DNA from: Epiperipatus broadwayi
Lineage: Eukaryota > Animalia > Onychophora
Reading direction: 5' to 3'
Assembly (NCBI GenBank): GCA_028023455.1
Contig: JAQFVV010000003.1
Coordinates: 20,088,001 to 20,152,000, forward strand
DNA: 64,000 nt
Position numbers and translations under genes: made by a program. Shown here piece after piece: positions 1 to 13,399 of the stretch. Every line of letters begins with the position of its first letter. The stretch's first letter is position 1. The notes below the pieces were generated by a model. The model did no database searches. It saw only the letters and a program-made list of their open reading frames with translations, and was not told the origin of the DNA.

Positions 1-309
1 CAGCCACCGTATATGCAAAAGCTTTATATAACCTTGATGTTACCGCTGCCAGTCTATAATTGTTTATCTTTCTATGATCCTTCCTTTAAATAATAGCCTC
101 ACTCTTGTATTATTCCAGCTATCTGGAAATTCTGTCTTTGGTGCCAACTTATTAAAACATGATATTAGATTTAATTTTGACCTATTTTCCAAATTCATCA
201 CAATCTCTACTGCCAATCCATCTAAACCTCTTGCTTTTTCATTTTTCAGTTTCTTTCCTGCCTCATTCAATTCATTTTCTGTAAAACTAATATTTCCATT
301 ACTATGTTT

Positions 310-800
310 GTTATCATTCCTTCCTCCACATTTAATATCTTTTCTATATCCATTACATATTTATTTAAGATTGACTCTAATTCTTCTCTAGAGCTACAAT
401 CTTTTTTCTCATCATTTATTAATACTATTTCTCTCTCCTCTACTTTTAATACATTTCCAAAATTTTTTACTCCCATCTCTTCCACTTTTATTAATATCCT
501 CTAATTTACTATATTATTTTATTCTCTGTCTATAATTATCAGTTTTAGTCAACTTATTCTGTCCTTCACATCTAACACCTTTTCTATATCTATTACATAT
601 TTAAGATTGGCACTAATTATTCTCTAGAGCTACACTCTTTTTCTTCATCATTTAGTAATACTATTTCTCTCTCCCCTACATTCCTTGGTTTAATATATTT
701 TCAAAATTTTTTACTTCCATCTCTTTGACTTTTATTAATCTCCAATAATTTACTATTCAATTTTATTCTCTCTTTATAATTATCTATTTTAGGCAATTTC
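310..800. repeat. ~240-bp diverged tandem duplication inside the LINE
   Basis: tttctatatc...ctctagagctaca...tataattatc occurs twice. Confidence 0.8.
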
Positions 801-1258
801 TTGTTTAAAAATACTTTTCCCATTCAATATTTACATCTTTTTCACTTTATTTGTTTTTAGTATCACATTTATATTCACTGCCTGCTTTTTTCCTCTCTTT
901 TACACTTTTACTAATTCTCTATTTTCTATTACTTTTATTCTTCTGAATATTCTTCCCTAAAACACCATTTGCCGCTTTTTTTTTTACTTTACCACACTAG
1001 TCTTTATATTCACTCCCCAAAAAACTCTTTCCTTTCATGATTTCTTCTACTTTTATTTTTTCTTTGAACTTATTATTATCATTCACTTTTCATCCACATC
1101 TTTCACTACACTTTCCATTTTTATTATTTTTCATCACATAACTAACCATTTCTGTTATAAAGAAATTATGATCCCTATTACATACTCTCTTCTTTATCGA
1201 ACACTTTAATTTTCCATATTTTATTCATTCTCTCTTTCTTTATTAATACATAACTTAT

Positions 1259-1420
1259 TATTTAACCACTAAACATCACATGATCACCATCTCAGGCTAG
1301 CACATAACTGTTAGTAAACAGGCTCTAGATAGGGATTTTATGCACAAGCCTTCTGGCATACATTGATTACTCTGGTTAGCACAAGGTGGCACTACTATAT
1401 GGAGAGTTTTTGCCTGTTTT
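1259..1420. mobile_element. Short retrozyme-family foldback without HHR, 9-bp TSD
   Basis: Same two ends as the other copies (aaccactaaacatcacatgatc... and ...tgcctgtttt). TSD ataacttat at 1250-1258 and 1421-1429. Confidence 0.8.
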
Positions 1421-3659
1421 ATAACTTATGTGAAATATATTATTTCTAGACCATGTGTATTATCCCTCATAAATATTTGATAAATTCCCAATGCTCACTC
1501 TGACAAAAATTTTTCAAAAACTGTCCATTTTTGTTATCCACATCATCAATTTTTTCAATATGCCTAGTTATATCCCCTATAACTATTATTTTCTTTCTTA
1601 TTTTGTACAGCAACTCCCTCTTTATTGTTTTTACATCTAAAATATTTTATTTTTATTATCTAATCTTTTAATAATAATCTTTATAAAAGCATCATTTAAA
1701 AATCTAAATCTCTATTTAAAATATGGTTAATATTATTGATTAGAGTAACTTCCTTAAATTTCCTTTCTCTTTTATTTTTAATATCTTATATCATTTTAGT
1801 ATTATCTTTACAAATACAGGTATACCCAAATACATGCCTTGTTTTCATGTAAATATACAGGTGTTGTTGTTTTTTAAAATTATATTTATGCTGTATTAAT
1901 TTTGTGTAAATTAAATTTTTTATTTCACCTATGTAATTTGTTTTAATATTTTTAATCTAACATTTTTACATTTAATGGCATAAATACCATTTATGCAATT
2001 ATCTGAATTTTTAATATAATTAATATGTTTATTATCTAATATATTATGTTTTTCCTTTTTTTATTAATTATTTTATTATAATTTATTCTATTATTTAATA
2101 TTTTATTTACAATTTTATTTAAATTATTTTAGGCACATAGTCTTAGGGTTATAGCCTTAATATATATTGCTTAAATTATTATTATAATTTTTCATATGTA
2201 TATAATTAGTTTTTTTTTCTATTTAAATTATTATTATTATTATTGTTGTTATAAAAAATATCTTCATTAATTTTGCTTACTGTCAATTTTATGCTTTTCT
2301 TAACAGTTTTACTTGGGTAATCATTATTTATAAGTTGTTATACTGTTAAATCTTTTTGTTTATTGTTGATCAATGCAGTAATTTATAGCTCTGCATACTA
2401 TTGAATTTATAGTAGTAATTTTATATTTTTAGTCTATATTAGAATACCAATTAGTTATATTATTGCCCATATTAGTTTTTATTATATATAGATATTTTTG
2501 TTTTACATCTATCTTTTATATAAGGTTTAATTAACATAATGTCTAAATATGTTAATTTATTACTTTTTAATTTTTTTTATTGCGAACTTATAATATTAAT
2601 TTTATAGTTTTTATCTATATTTGAATTTCTTAATCTTATAGAAAAGGTAAATGCAAAATAGAAACATCTATATATAATAAAGTAATATTAACATTATTAT
2701 AACTAATTAGTATTTTAATATAGAGAAAAAATGTAAAATTAATACTGTAAGTTTAAGAATATACAGAACTATAAATTATTGTTCTGATATAAAGATGCTA
2801 ATAAATAAATAAATTTAATAATGGAAAAGCTTATAAATAATGATTATTCAATAAAAACTATTAAGAATAGCATAAAGTTGATAATAAGCAAAATTAAAAA
2901 GATAATAATAATAATTTAAATGGATAAATTAATTATATACGTATAAAAACTTATAATAATAATATAAACAAAAATAAATAAATTTATAATAAATTATAAT
3001 AAAGTAATTAATAAAAAAAAAGAAAATATATAATATGTTAGATAATAAATATACTAGCAACTATAATGAAAATTCAGATAATTATTTAAATGGTGAATAT
3101 AAAATTAAATGTAAAAATGTTAAATTAAAAATATTAAAACAAATTATGTTGGTGAAATAAAAAACTCAATTTATGCAAAATTAATACATCAATATAATTT
3201 TAAAAATCTCCTATATATTTACATTCAATAGAAATGAGATATGTATTTAAAAAGATAGCATTAAAATGATGCAATATACTAATAATAAAAGAAAAAGGGA
3301 AATTAAGGAAGCTATTGTAATCAATAACGTTAAATCCATTTTAAATAAAGATTTATATTTTAAAATGATACTTTTATAAAGATTATTGATATAAGATTAA
3401 ATAATAAAAATAAAAAGAAGAAATGTTTTAGCTGTAAAAGATACTAAAAGAAGGAGTTGCTATACAAAATAAGGTAAACGGTGCTACTGTTTGGGAGTTT
3501 GCTAGGTATGGAAGAGTATGTTTGCCTGGAGCTAGAATTAGGGAAGCTACAGATAAGATAAATAAAGAGGGGAGTAGAGATGTTTATGGTTTGGTGATGA
3601 CAAATAATTTGTTAGAGCCCTAGTTTGAAAAAGGTTAAAGGAAAAATAGGAGTAGTTGG

Positions 3660-3850
3660 ATTACTATCAAGATTCAATAATAGATATATGTTAGATAGGG
3701 CATGTTCTTTAAATGAGAGATTGAAAAAATTATGTGACAGAAATAATGTTATGTTTGTGGATGTGTGGAATTTTTTTTATTAGTAAGAGGGAGTTATACA
3801 GTAAAGATGGACTGCATTTAGCAAAATAAGGAAGTTAGGCATTAGGGGGT
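3660..3850 (+). pseudogene. LINE ORF1 SGNH-esterase remnant
   Basis: Translates DRACSLNERLKKLCDRNNVMFVDVWNFF and ELYSKDGLHL (DxxH block of SGNH esterases, as in esterase-type LINE ORF1). Confidence 0.75.
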
Positions 3851-3877
3851 TTGTTTTATGAAAAATATTATACTTTG

Positions 3878-4015
3878 GGAAATGTATAAAAGGGGGGGGG
3901 GGTAGGGTTTTAAATTATAGTATTTTCAAAAAGAAGGTTAAGAGTAGGAAATGTATGAATGGGGGGGGGGTAGGGTTTTGAATTACAGTATTTTCAAAAA
4001 GAAGGTTAAGAGTAG
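3878..4015. repeat. 2 x 69-bp tandem duplication containing G10-11 runs
   Basis: Units start at 3878 and 3947, between LINE ORF1 and ORF2. Confidence 0.92.
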
Positions 4016-6798
4016 AATAGATCAGATGTAAGAAGAAAACAAAGGGTAGCTGATCCAAATATAAATGTAGATGTGGAGAGGGAATGGGTCTGTAAAACTA
4101 ATGATAAACTAATTACAAATGTAATAGAGAAGAAAGAGTCAAAATTTATAAAAAGGTAGTATGAAATGAAGAAATTGTTAAAATTGGATATTTGAATATG
4201 CCAAGTGGTAGGAGACCAGAAAAGTGGTTGGAATTAAACAAAGCAGTTAAAAATGAAGAAATTGAGGTATTAACAGTAGTGGAAACACATCTAAGAGAAG
4301 ATGAAGAACCTGCATTGGAAAATTTGGTATGGTAGGATATAAACAAAAAAGAAAAAAGTGGTGGTGGTATAGGAATTATGTCAAAAAAATATTTAAATAC
4401 TATAAAGTATCAAGAATATTTGTGGTTTCAGATAAAGATAGGAAGACAAAAATGTTTGGTGGATATAGTGTATGGCACTCGAGATAGTCAAACTATAATA
4501 AAATGGAACAGTAGCATATATGAATGCTTATTTAAGGATATACAGAGTTTCAAAAAAGGAGGGGAAGAAAATAATGGTTATAGGGGATATGACTCGGCAT
4601 ATTGAAGAAATAGGATAACAAGAATGGACAGCTTTGGAAAAAAAATTGTTAGGGAGTGAATTTAGAAATTTATCAACTATTTATGAAGGACAATACACAT
4701 GATCTAGAAATGATATATTTTACACAATAGATTATGTATTAATAGATAAAGAGGAAATGAATAAAGTACAGAAAATTAAAATGTTTGATAATATAGAGAG
4801 AATATGTAATAATGATCATAAATTTTTTTATAATAGAAGTGGTTAGTAATATGATAAAAAAATAATAATAAATATACAAAGAATAGTGAAAGATGTGGAT
4901 GAAGAATAAATGATAAGAATAAGTTAGAAGAATATAAAATGAAAGTAGAAGAAATTATGCAAGAATTTGTTGGGGGTGAATATAAGAAATGGTGTGGTGA
5001 AGTAGAAAAACTGGCAAATGGGGTTTTAGGGGAGAATATTTAGAAGAATAAACGTAGTTAGAAAAGTGAGAATGAGTAAAAGTGTAAAAGAGAGGGGAAA
5101 GGCATGCAGAGAATATAAATGTGCTATTAAAAACAAAGAAAGTGAAAAAGATGTGAATATTAAATGGGAAAACTATTTAATTAAAAAGAAGTTGGTTAAA
5201 ATAGATAATTATAGAGAGAGAATGAAATTAAATAGTAAATTATTAGAGGATATTAATAAAAATGAAAAAGATGGGAGTAATAAATTTTGGAAATATATTA
5301 AAAGAAGGAATGTAGGGGAGAGAAAAATAGTATTATTAAATGGTGAGGAGAAAAGGTGTAGCTCTAGAGAAGAATTAGAGACAATATTAAATTATGTAAT
5401 GGATATAGAAAAGATGTTAGATGTGAAGGACAGAATGATAACAAACATAAAAGCACATGGTAATGGAAATATTAGTTTTACAGAAGAATGAAATGAATGA
5501 GGCAAGGAAGAAGTTAAAATGTGGAAAGGCAAGAGGTTTACATTGATGGACAGCAGAGATGATGAATTTGGGAATAGGATAAAATTAAATCTATTGTCAT
5601 GTTTTAATAAGATGGCACAGAAGACAGAATTTCCAACTAGCTGGAATAATACAAGAGTGAGGTTATTATATAAAGGAAGGGTAAGGACCATAGAAAGATA
5701 AATGAATATAGACAAGTAGCAGTAATATTGGTGTTGTGAAAGATTTTGTGTATATGGTGACTGGAAAGGTGGCAAAATGGATGGCAGAAAATAATATAGT
5801 GGGAGAAATGCAAGAAGGTTTTAGAATGGAAAGACATATAGGAGATAGTTTATATGTAGTCTCACAATATAATAGATATGAATAGGAATACTGGTAGGCA
5901 AATTATATATAGTCTTGATGGATATAGAGAAGGCATATGATAGAGTAAATAGAAATAGATTATGGGTAAATTTAGTAAATTTGGGAATGAATGGAGCTTT
6001 AGTGGATCTTATCAGATTGCATAAAAATAATTATTATATGTATCAGTTAGAAAATATAGAATCAGAATTAAAAATGGGCTGGGACAGGGCAAGGATGCCC
6101 TATCCACCTCTTTGTTTTTGTTGTATTTGAGAGAAATGGAGAAGGCAATAGAAAGATTAGGAAGAGAGGTAGAGATACCATTAATAGATGACAAAGGAGG
6201 GTATACATTATTAGGTCTTATTTGCTGATGATATTTTCTTGTCCACAGAAAGTAGGGAAGATATGAAAATTGTGCTGAAGACTTGCTCAAGGGTGGATGG
6301 GTAAAGAGATAGGGATCAAATTTAATGAAGAAAAATCAAAATGATAAATGTTGGGGTAAGAGAAGAGAAAGAATTTTTCTTGGGGATATAAAGTTAAATG
6401 TGTTGAATAAGTATAACTATTTGGGAATCGTCTTAAGTAATCAGAGGAATTGTTTGGATGAATGGGAGGAAAAATTGATAAATGAAGCAAAGAAAAGAAA
6501 GGGACTGATAAAAGAAATTAACAGTGTTCTCATATAATAAATATGATGTAGTACGGATTGTATGGAAGGAACTGGCAGTAGCATAGTTAACTATGGTAAC
6601 AATGTGTTAATAAAGAGGAGTTAGATTACTTAGCAAAAGTGCAAAGAGAAGTAGAAAGGCATCACATGATCACCATCTCTTATACTAGCACATAACTGTT
6701 TATAAACAAGGCAAAACTCTCCATACAGTAGTGCCAATCAGAGTAATCAGTGGATGCCAGAAGGCTTGAGCATAAAATCCCTATCTAATGCCTACTCA

Positions 6799-6855
6799 TC
6801 CAATATCCGCAGACTAGTTTCTGGCTTATGGCCTTCATTGGTGAGGAGCTTTGGA
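6799..6855 (-). ncRNA. Degenerate HHR (core CCAAUGA)
   Basis: Family HHR layout; stem II GGC/GCC; GAAAC UA GUC retained; core mutated. Confidence 0.7.
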
Positions 6856-6924
6856 TCTGAGAGCACTGCATCTAGATCTGGATGGTTGCATTAGATCCTA
6901 AGATCTAGGTGCAGTGCTCTCAGA

Positions 6925-6981
6925 TCCAAAACTCCTCACTGACTAAGGCCACAAGCCAGAAACTAGTCTGGGGATATTGGA
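6925..6981 (+). ncRNA. Degenerate HHR (core CUGACUA)
   Basis: tcctca CTGACTA aggccacaagcca GAAAC ta GTC tgggga; G8 mutated. Confidence 0.75.
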
Positions 6982-7959
6982 TGAGTAGGCATTAGATAGG
7001 GATTTTATGCACAAGCCTTCTGGCATCCATTGATTACTCTGATTAGCACAGGGTGTTACTACAGTATGGAGAGTTTTGCCTTGTTTAGAAGTAGAAAATA
7101 GCATGTGTTAGATGCAGATGTGTGGCTGGTAAAGGAGGTAATTCAAGGAGAAATGGGATGGTTAAGTTTTTATATGAGAGATGCAAAATAAAATTGTTGG
7201 GTAGATTGCAATTTATGGATAGTAAGAGAATAACCAAAATAGTATTCAATTGATTATAAGTAAAGGACAGGCAACAAAATGGATGAAAAAGGTAGTGCGG
7301 TATGCAGAAGATTTGGATAAAGACTTAATGTCATTATACTTGTACAAAAGATGGGATGATTGTGTTAGGAGCATTGTATACTAGCAAAAAATAGGATAGA
7401 AGAATACATGCATTAATAAAAAAAAAATAGGGAGTTAGAGAGATGGAGAACTAGTATGGTGAATAAAAAAGAGTATAAATATATATATAGAAGTAAACAG
7501 AATATTTTATGGTTAATTTATGATAATAGCAGGGAAAGTAGTTTACTGTTTAAAGCTCAAACAGGGTTTTTGGCAACAAGGGAATATACAAAGGGATGGA
7601 AAATATTAGTCACCTGCTAATTAAATGTAAATGCTTACAAGTAGAAAGAGTACAAATAATGAAGTTGTGGAAGAATAAATATAAAACAAAGTGACTATAC
7701 AGAAGGTGGGTTCTTGGTTTTTATGCTGAGTTTGGAAAAAAGATAAGGGGGAATCTAGATAAAAAGGCTATAGAGTGGACAAAGATAATGTGGAAATGAG
7801 ATAGAGAAGAATATGGGGAAAACTTAGGGGGCAAGAATGGAAAAGGAAAGTAAGGTGGCTAACAGTTTTTTTTAGCATATTGGCTAAGAGATTCCTGATT
7901 TTGATAAAGGAGTAGCCATATCACATCACATGTAACAATTAAAATTTAAAAGATTATTC

Positions 7960-9270
7960 AGTTATAGGAGATAGAGATACTGTTAATAGGTGGCAAGGGA
8001 GTATATACTTTGTCAAGTCTTTCTTGCAGAAAAAAAAGAGATGTGGAAGCTATGCTAAGGACATGCACAAGGGTGGGTAAAGAGAGGATCAAATTTAGTG
8101 AGGACAGAATACTGGGGAAAGAGAAGACAAAGAATTTTTACTGGGGGATATAAAGTTAAGTATGGTGAATAGATATAGTTATTTGGGAATCATCTTAAAT
8201 AATCAGAAAAATTGCTTGGATGATTAGGAGAAAAATTGATAAATGAAGCAAAGAAAGGAATTGGTAAAGAAATTTAACTGTGTTTTCATATAATAAATAT
8301 GATATAGCTAGAATTGTATGGAAGGTAGTGGCAGTAGTAGGATTAACATATGGCAATGATGTGTTTGTAAAAGGGTATTATATTACAAAGGGAAGTAGGA
8401 AGATTATGCATTAGATGCAGATGTGTGGATAGCAAAGGAGGCAATTCAAGGAGAATTGAATTGGACCTGTCAAATTTTTATATGAGAGATGAAAAAAGCA
8501 AAATGAAATTGTTCAGTAGATTGCAGTTTATGGATAATAAAAGAATAACCAAAATAGTATTTAATTGGGTTATGGGTAAAGGGCAGGCAACAAGATGGGT
8601 GAGAAAGGTAATATGGTATGCAGAAGATTTGGATAAAGAATTTATATCAATATACTTGTATAAAAGGTAGGAGGATTGTTGAGTGTTATAGTGGTAAGGA
8701 ATGGGATAGAAGAATAGATGCATTAATAAAGAATAGGGAGTTGGAGAACTAATATGGAGAGTAAAAAGAGTTTAAATATATATAGAAATAAACGGAACAT
8801 TGGATGCAAGTTAATTTATGATAATAGCAAGGAAAGTAGTTTACTGTTTAAGGTTCAAACAGGATCTTTAGCAAATAGGGAATATACACGTAAGTGGAAA
8901 ATTTTGTATAATTTAGTCTGCAAGGTGTGTAAGGAAGACATAGAAAATATTAGTCATCTGTTAATTCAGTGTAAATGCTCGAAAGCAGAAAAGATACAAA
9001 TAATGAAGTTATTGAAGAATAAATATAAACAAATTGATTATATAGAAAGTGGGTTATTGGTTTTTATACTGGGTTTGGGAAAAGAAGGGGGATTTAGATA
9101 TGAAGGCCATGGAGTTGACAAAGATTATGTTATGGAAATGGGAGCAGATTCTGGGAAAACCTAGAGTGAGGAATGGAAAGGGAAGATAAAGTGATTAACA
9201 GGTTTCTCTGAACATAGTTGCTGATAGATTCCTGTCTTCGTATAAGAAGTCACAGTGCATCACAGTTAAA
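7960..9270 (+). mobile_element. 5'-truncated second copy of the same LINE family (RT C-terminus, CCHC finger, 3' UTR)
   Basis: Homologous to 6170-7940. 8754-9164 contains LLFKVQTGSL and CKVCKEDIENISHLLIQC. It is uninterrupted where the first copy carries the 6658-7086 insertion. Confidence 0.88.
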
Positions 9271-9699
9271 AGAAGATAATACAATAATATATATATAATA
9301 AAGTTAATTTAGTTGAAATAATAAATTTAATTAAATTAATTAAAAATTTAAAGAAATAAGCTGTATATACACACCCATATATATATTAAGATATTTAATA
9401 AAGCAAATCAAAAAAAGTTTAGCAAAATAGATCATAAAATTTGATAATTTAATAATATTTATAATTTATTAATATTTACATTTATTGTATAAAAAATAAT
9501 ACAGAAAATACAAATGGATATATTGTAAAGTATATGGTTATGTACTGAATTTATGATATAATGAATTGTGCAAAGTATATATTAAATATATATATATAGT
9601 TTAAATTAAAGTATATATTAATGGACTGGCTTCAAGTTGTAAAATTTATTATATTTAGTTATAAAATACTAGATTTTTACTTCTCTCAAGATAATTATA

Positions 9700-9825
9700 A
9701 AATTACAAGCATGTTGAGGTACTGGAAAGAGAAACTATAATAAATACTTATATGAATCGATTTATTGATGCATATAAGTATTTATTATATCTTCTCTTTC
9801 CAACATCTCAACACACTTGTAATTT
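9700..9825. repeat. ~60-bp-arm hairpin
   Basis: aattacaag...ataataaatacttatatg / catataagtatttattat...cttgtaatt. Confidence 0.85.
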
Positions 9826-10032
9826 AGTTATGTATAGTTAAGATAATATATGTTATACAGTTATGTGTCAGTGATGAAGCATGACTTTTTTAAGAATGGA
9901 AGCACACTTCTTTTTTTAATAATGTTTTTATTTCACTTGCCATAACAATTTTTACATAATAGCGTCTAACATATATTTATTACACATATCTAGAAAAATC
10001 TGAAACTCTCTTATCTGTAAATCAGAGAATAT

Positions 10033-10415
10033 ATTATCAATATATTTTTATCTTCCAAATCTTTTTAGCATTCTTAAAAGTTTTAACTGTAAATTAGGTC
10101 TTAGCATTGTTTGAACTTCTTATATTCAATAAGAATATGTTAGTCAAATTCATTTTTTGCATATATAAAAACAATTCAACTGTTGGTAGAAAAAAATTGA
10201 AAATCAACAGTAATTCCATACAAAAAATAATGAATTTGAAATGTTCATTCTAATCAGACTGTGATTAGTTTAAAAACAGATAATACATTATCAATATATT
10301 TTTATCTTCCAAATAACTGTAAATTAGATTTTAGCATTGTTTGAACTTCTTATAATCAATGAGAATGCGTTAGACAAATTCATCCTTTGTGTCAGCTGTT
10401 GGTAAAAAAATTGAA
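10033..10415. repeat. Diverged direct repeat, ~250-bp offset
   Basis: attatcaatatatttttatcttccaaat...aactgtaaattag...gcattgtttgaacttcttata occurs twice. Confidence 0.8.
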
Positions 10416-10499
10416 AGTGAATTTTTTAAATTGAATTTTAATTAAAGCTTTTGAAAGTTTTACTGAATTTTTCTATGGAAACACTCATTCTGTTCAATA

Positions 10500-11270
10500 C
10501 ATGGGCACTTTGTCCCTGTTATATGTTCATATGTATTTATATGTTATAGTTCTGAAGAAGATGTAAAGATTTTGTCAAGATAAGAATAAAAAAATGGCAT
10601 TGTAAAAAATCTATAAAGGAATAAGTATTTGTTTTCCAAATAATAATTAATGATTGCATAATGAAATGAAAGAAGAATTATAATACTATAAAAATTCTTT
10701 GCAAAATTCTTCAGCACACTTCATCCCATCATCCCTTATTTTATTAGTATTTTTAATGCCATTTTCTTATTGCTGAAACAACTTTTCTTCCAATATCTAA
10801 ATGTTTAATATTTGACATTTTTGTTCACTTTTATAGTTTTCCTACAATTTCATTATATCATTATTAATTTTTTTTTGTACCATTTTCATATTGCTTCTTT
10901 TCTTCATAGATTAACTCAAGTGAAATTGTTTTTTAATGTTAGCAGTATGTGTGGCAATTCTTAGTAGTGAATCAGTTATCCTTTTGTTGATTTTATTCAA
11001 GTATGAGTCATATTGGAACTCTGTCAATATTTTTAAATAATTTTTTTAGATTTCATTTAAATTTGTTAGAATATTTCTAAAAGTTAAGAATGGTAGTTTT
11101 TAATTCTGTTGCTTTTAATATTTTTATCTCTCCAATTTTAGATTAACACTTATCTTACATCTCATTAATCAATGATTACTTGGTTGTATTAAATCTGTTA
11201 AAATCATTATAACCTTAATTTTGTTGGTCAAAATATAATTAAATTCTGTTATATTTTCGTACAGGTATTT
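10500..11270 (-). mobile_element. RTE-like LINE endonuclease remnant
   Basis: Homologous by eye to ~52980-53290; includes SNH*L (SDH motif) at ~11165-11190. Confidence 0.5.
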
Positions 11271-11289
11271 CTATGTTTTCTATCTTTTT

Positions 11290-12260
11290 TTTTTTTTACC
11301 AGCTCTGTGCTACTTAATATATGCTTCAGTAAATAATAGATTCTAGCTGATAGTCCTTAATAAATCCCTATCCTGTGCCATTCTGTTTTTTATCAGTGAT
11401 GATTTTGGATTTTGAAACAATGCAACTGGTCTTTTAGGATCTAATGCTCCTTCCTCCTGTTAGCCATAATTTACCTCTGTTATACTATCAAGCTATGAAC
11501 CCAAACTGAAAATATAAAATGTTCTCAATCTTAGCCAGTTTGCTTGCATAGTCATATAGATTTGAAATCAATTCAGTTTCTATATATTATGATGTCCTTA
11601 GATTTTTTAACCATTCTAGACATCTCTGTCATATGATCAGGATTAAGTATAGATTATTAAATTACCACATGACACCTGGCAGCATATATTTTTCTTTCAT
11701 TAGCTCTATGGCACTTAATATAGCTCTAGTAAATAATAGATACTAGTGATTAATAAATTCCTATCTTGTATTATCCAATCCAATATCCTAGACAAATTTC
11801 AAGGTTATGGGTTTTATCAGTGAGGAGTTTTGGTTTTTAGAACAGTGCATCTGGATGTATTTATACTAAGTCCTGGCCACAGTATAGAGATGCCTATAGT
11901 AACTAAGAACACATCTTTACAATTATACAAGCAAGTTGATTGAGATTGATAACACTCACGTTTTCAGTTTATGCTGATAGCTTGGTAAGTATAACAAACA
12001 ACAACAAAAAAAAAAAAACACCAGAAGGAGAGTGCATTTAATTCTAAAGATGCAGGTGCACTGTTTCAAAATCCAAAACTTCACTGATTAAAGATATAAG
12101 CTTGAAATTAGTCTGGGGATATTGGACAGAACAATGCAGGTTAGGGATTTACTAAGCACTATCATCTGGCATCTATTACTTACTAAAGCTTACAGTAAGT
12201 GGCATAGAATAGGTTAAAGAAAAAGATATGCTGGTAAAACAGCAAGATATAAATTGGAAT
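11290..12260. mobile_element. Divergent subfamily of the retrozyme-like element, tandem + foldback
   Basis: HHR remnants at 11779-11833 (-, core CUGAUAA), a partial core at 11390-11396 (-) giving a 424-nt period, and 12072-12126 (+, core CUGAUUA). Boundaries approximate. Confidence 0.75.
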
Positions 12261-13399
12261 CATGATAATCATTTACCTTTATCTGAAAATTCCACAAGCC
12301 TGCATATTCTCTTACTTCTGTCTTCATGACCAAATTTATTTATAGGATTTTTATTTTTTTGATCATTTTCTAATCCTAGCATTAAAATGTTCCTTATAAT
12401 TTTAAACTGTTTTTGACTGACTAAAAGCTTTTTCTGCATGTATATTGTACAAGTGCTGTAGTTTTTCAACATGTGAGAATGTGATACAGCATAAACATTT
12501 TTTTTTTTTGCATTTAGTATCTTCCATTACACAGAATAACAATGTATGGTTCAATTTATGCAATATTATTTTTTCATCTTTTATTTATAATGAATCTCAT
12601 TCTTCTAATATTGCCAATGTTTGTATTTTTATAACATAGTACATACCCACTTTTTAAATTGGTTGTCTCTTCATTTTTTCTTCTAACTTCAAAGTCCAAT
12701 GTTCCATTTAATATTAGACAATGCTATCTTTTTTCACTTCAATCTACAGTTGTAGATAATCAAATAAAAGGCATACATTTATGCAACTAGTCTGGGTTTT
12801 AAAAACTTTAATTTGATACTGGCATATGTTAATGGGAATGTTAAAATTAACAGAAAAATCCATTTTGTAGATACCGTACTATAGAAGAAAATAAACTACA
12901 TAAATAGATTTCTAAAAATCAAGATATGATATAAAGATCAATAAAAAAAGGACAAGAATTTCATAGAAAAAATGAAAAAATCTGTGGCTGCAAAATAAAA
13001 TAATTTATGTTCAAGCTCTAAAGACGAAGGTGTATCGCAACAGTTCCATTTACTTAATTAAACCGAGATTTTTTTTTTTTTTACTTTATTAACTTGAAAA
13101 TTAATCAATAACCTTAGCATTTCAATTTGCTCCCCTATAAAATGGAAGATCAAAACAAGTAAATTCTTTTATTTGGGAAAATTAATTACAACAGATAGAA
13201 AGTGTAATAAAGTTGTGGCTTTTAGACCAAATATTTCAAATATCTGAAGACTGTGTCAGTCAAAACTATCATATTTTAAATAAAAGTATTGTGAAAAGTT
13301 CATTATGAATGTTTATTAATAAAATAAATGGACTTTTCTTAAATAAAGATATATACATTGTAATTATTTAGTTACTAACTTTATCATCAGCATCATTAG

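Larger units (their letters stand above)
1..1575 (-). mobile_element. Decayed LINE (APE-RT) fragment, inverted partner of the 3.5-7.9 kb LINE
   Basis: 64-270 translates KARGLDG...FPDSWNNTRVRLLFKG (RT N-terminal region). The reverse complement aligns by eye to ~4585-5700. Many stops and frameshifts. Confidence 0.85.
6658..7086. mobile_element. Retrozyme-family foldback inserted in LINE RT, 11-bp TSD
   Basis: TSD agaagtagaaa at 6647-6657 and 7087-7097. Inverted arms ~6706-6878 and ~6901-7086. The empty-site equivalent is visible in the paralogous LINE at ~8385-8430. Confidence 0.92.
3480..7940 (+). mobile_element. Decayed near-full-length LINE with esterase ORF1, APE endonuclease and RT (CR1/L2/RTEX-like; clade unresolved)
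   Basis: APE motifs IGYLN..VVETHLRE (~4174-4300), TIDYVLI (~4725) and NDH (~4812). RT motifs MDIEKAYDRVNR (5918), RQGCP (~6090), LFADD (~6220) and YLGI (~6418). Interrupted by the 6658-7086 insertion. Confidence 0.9.
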
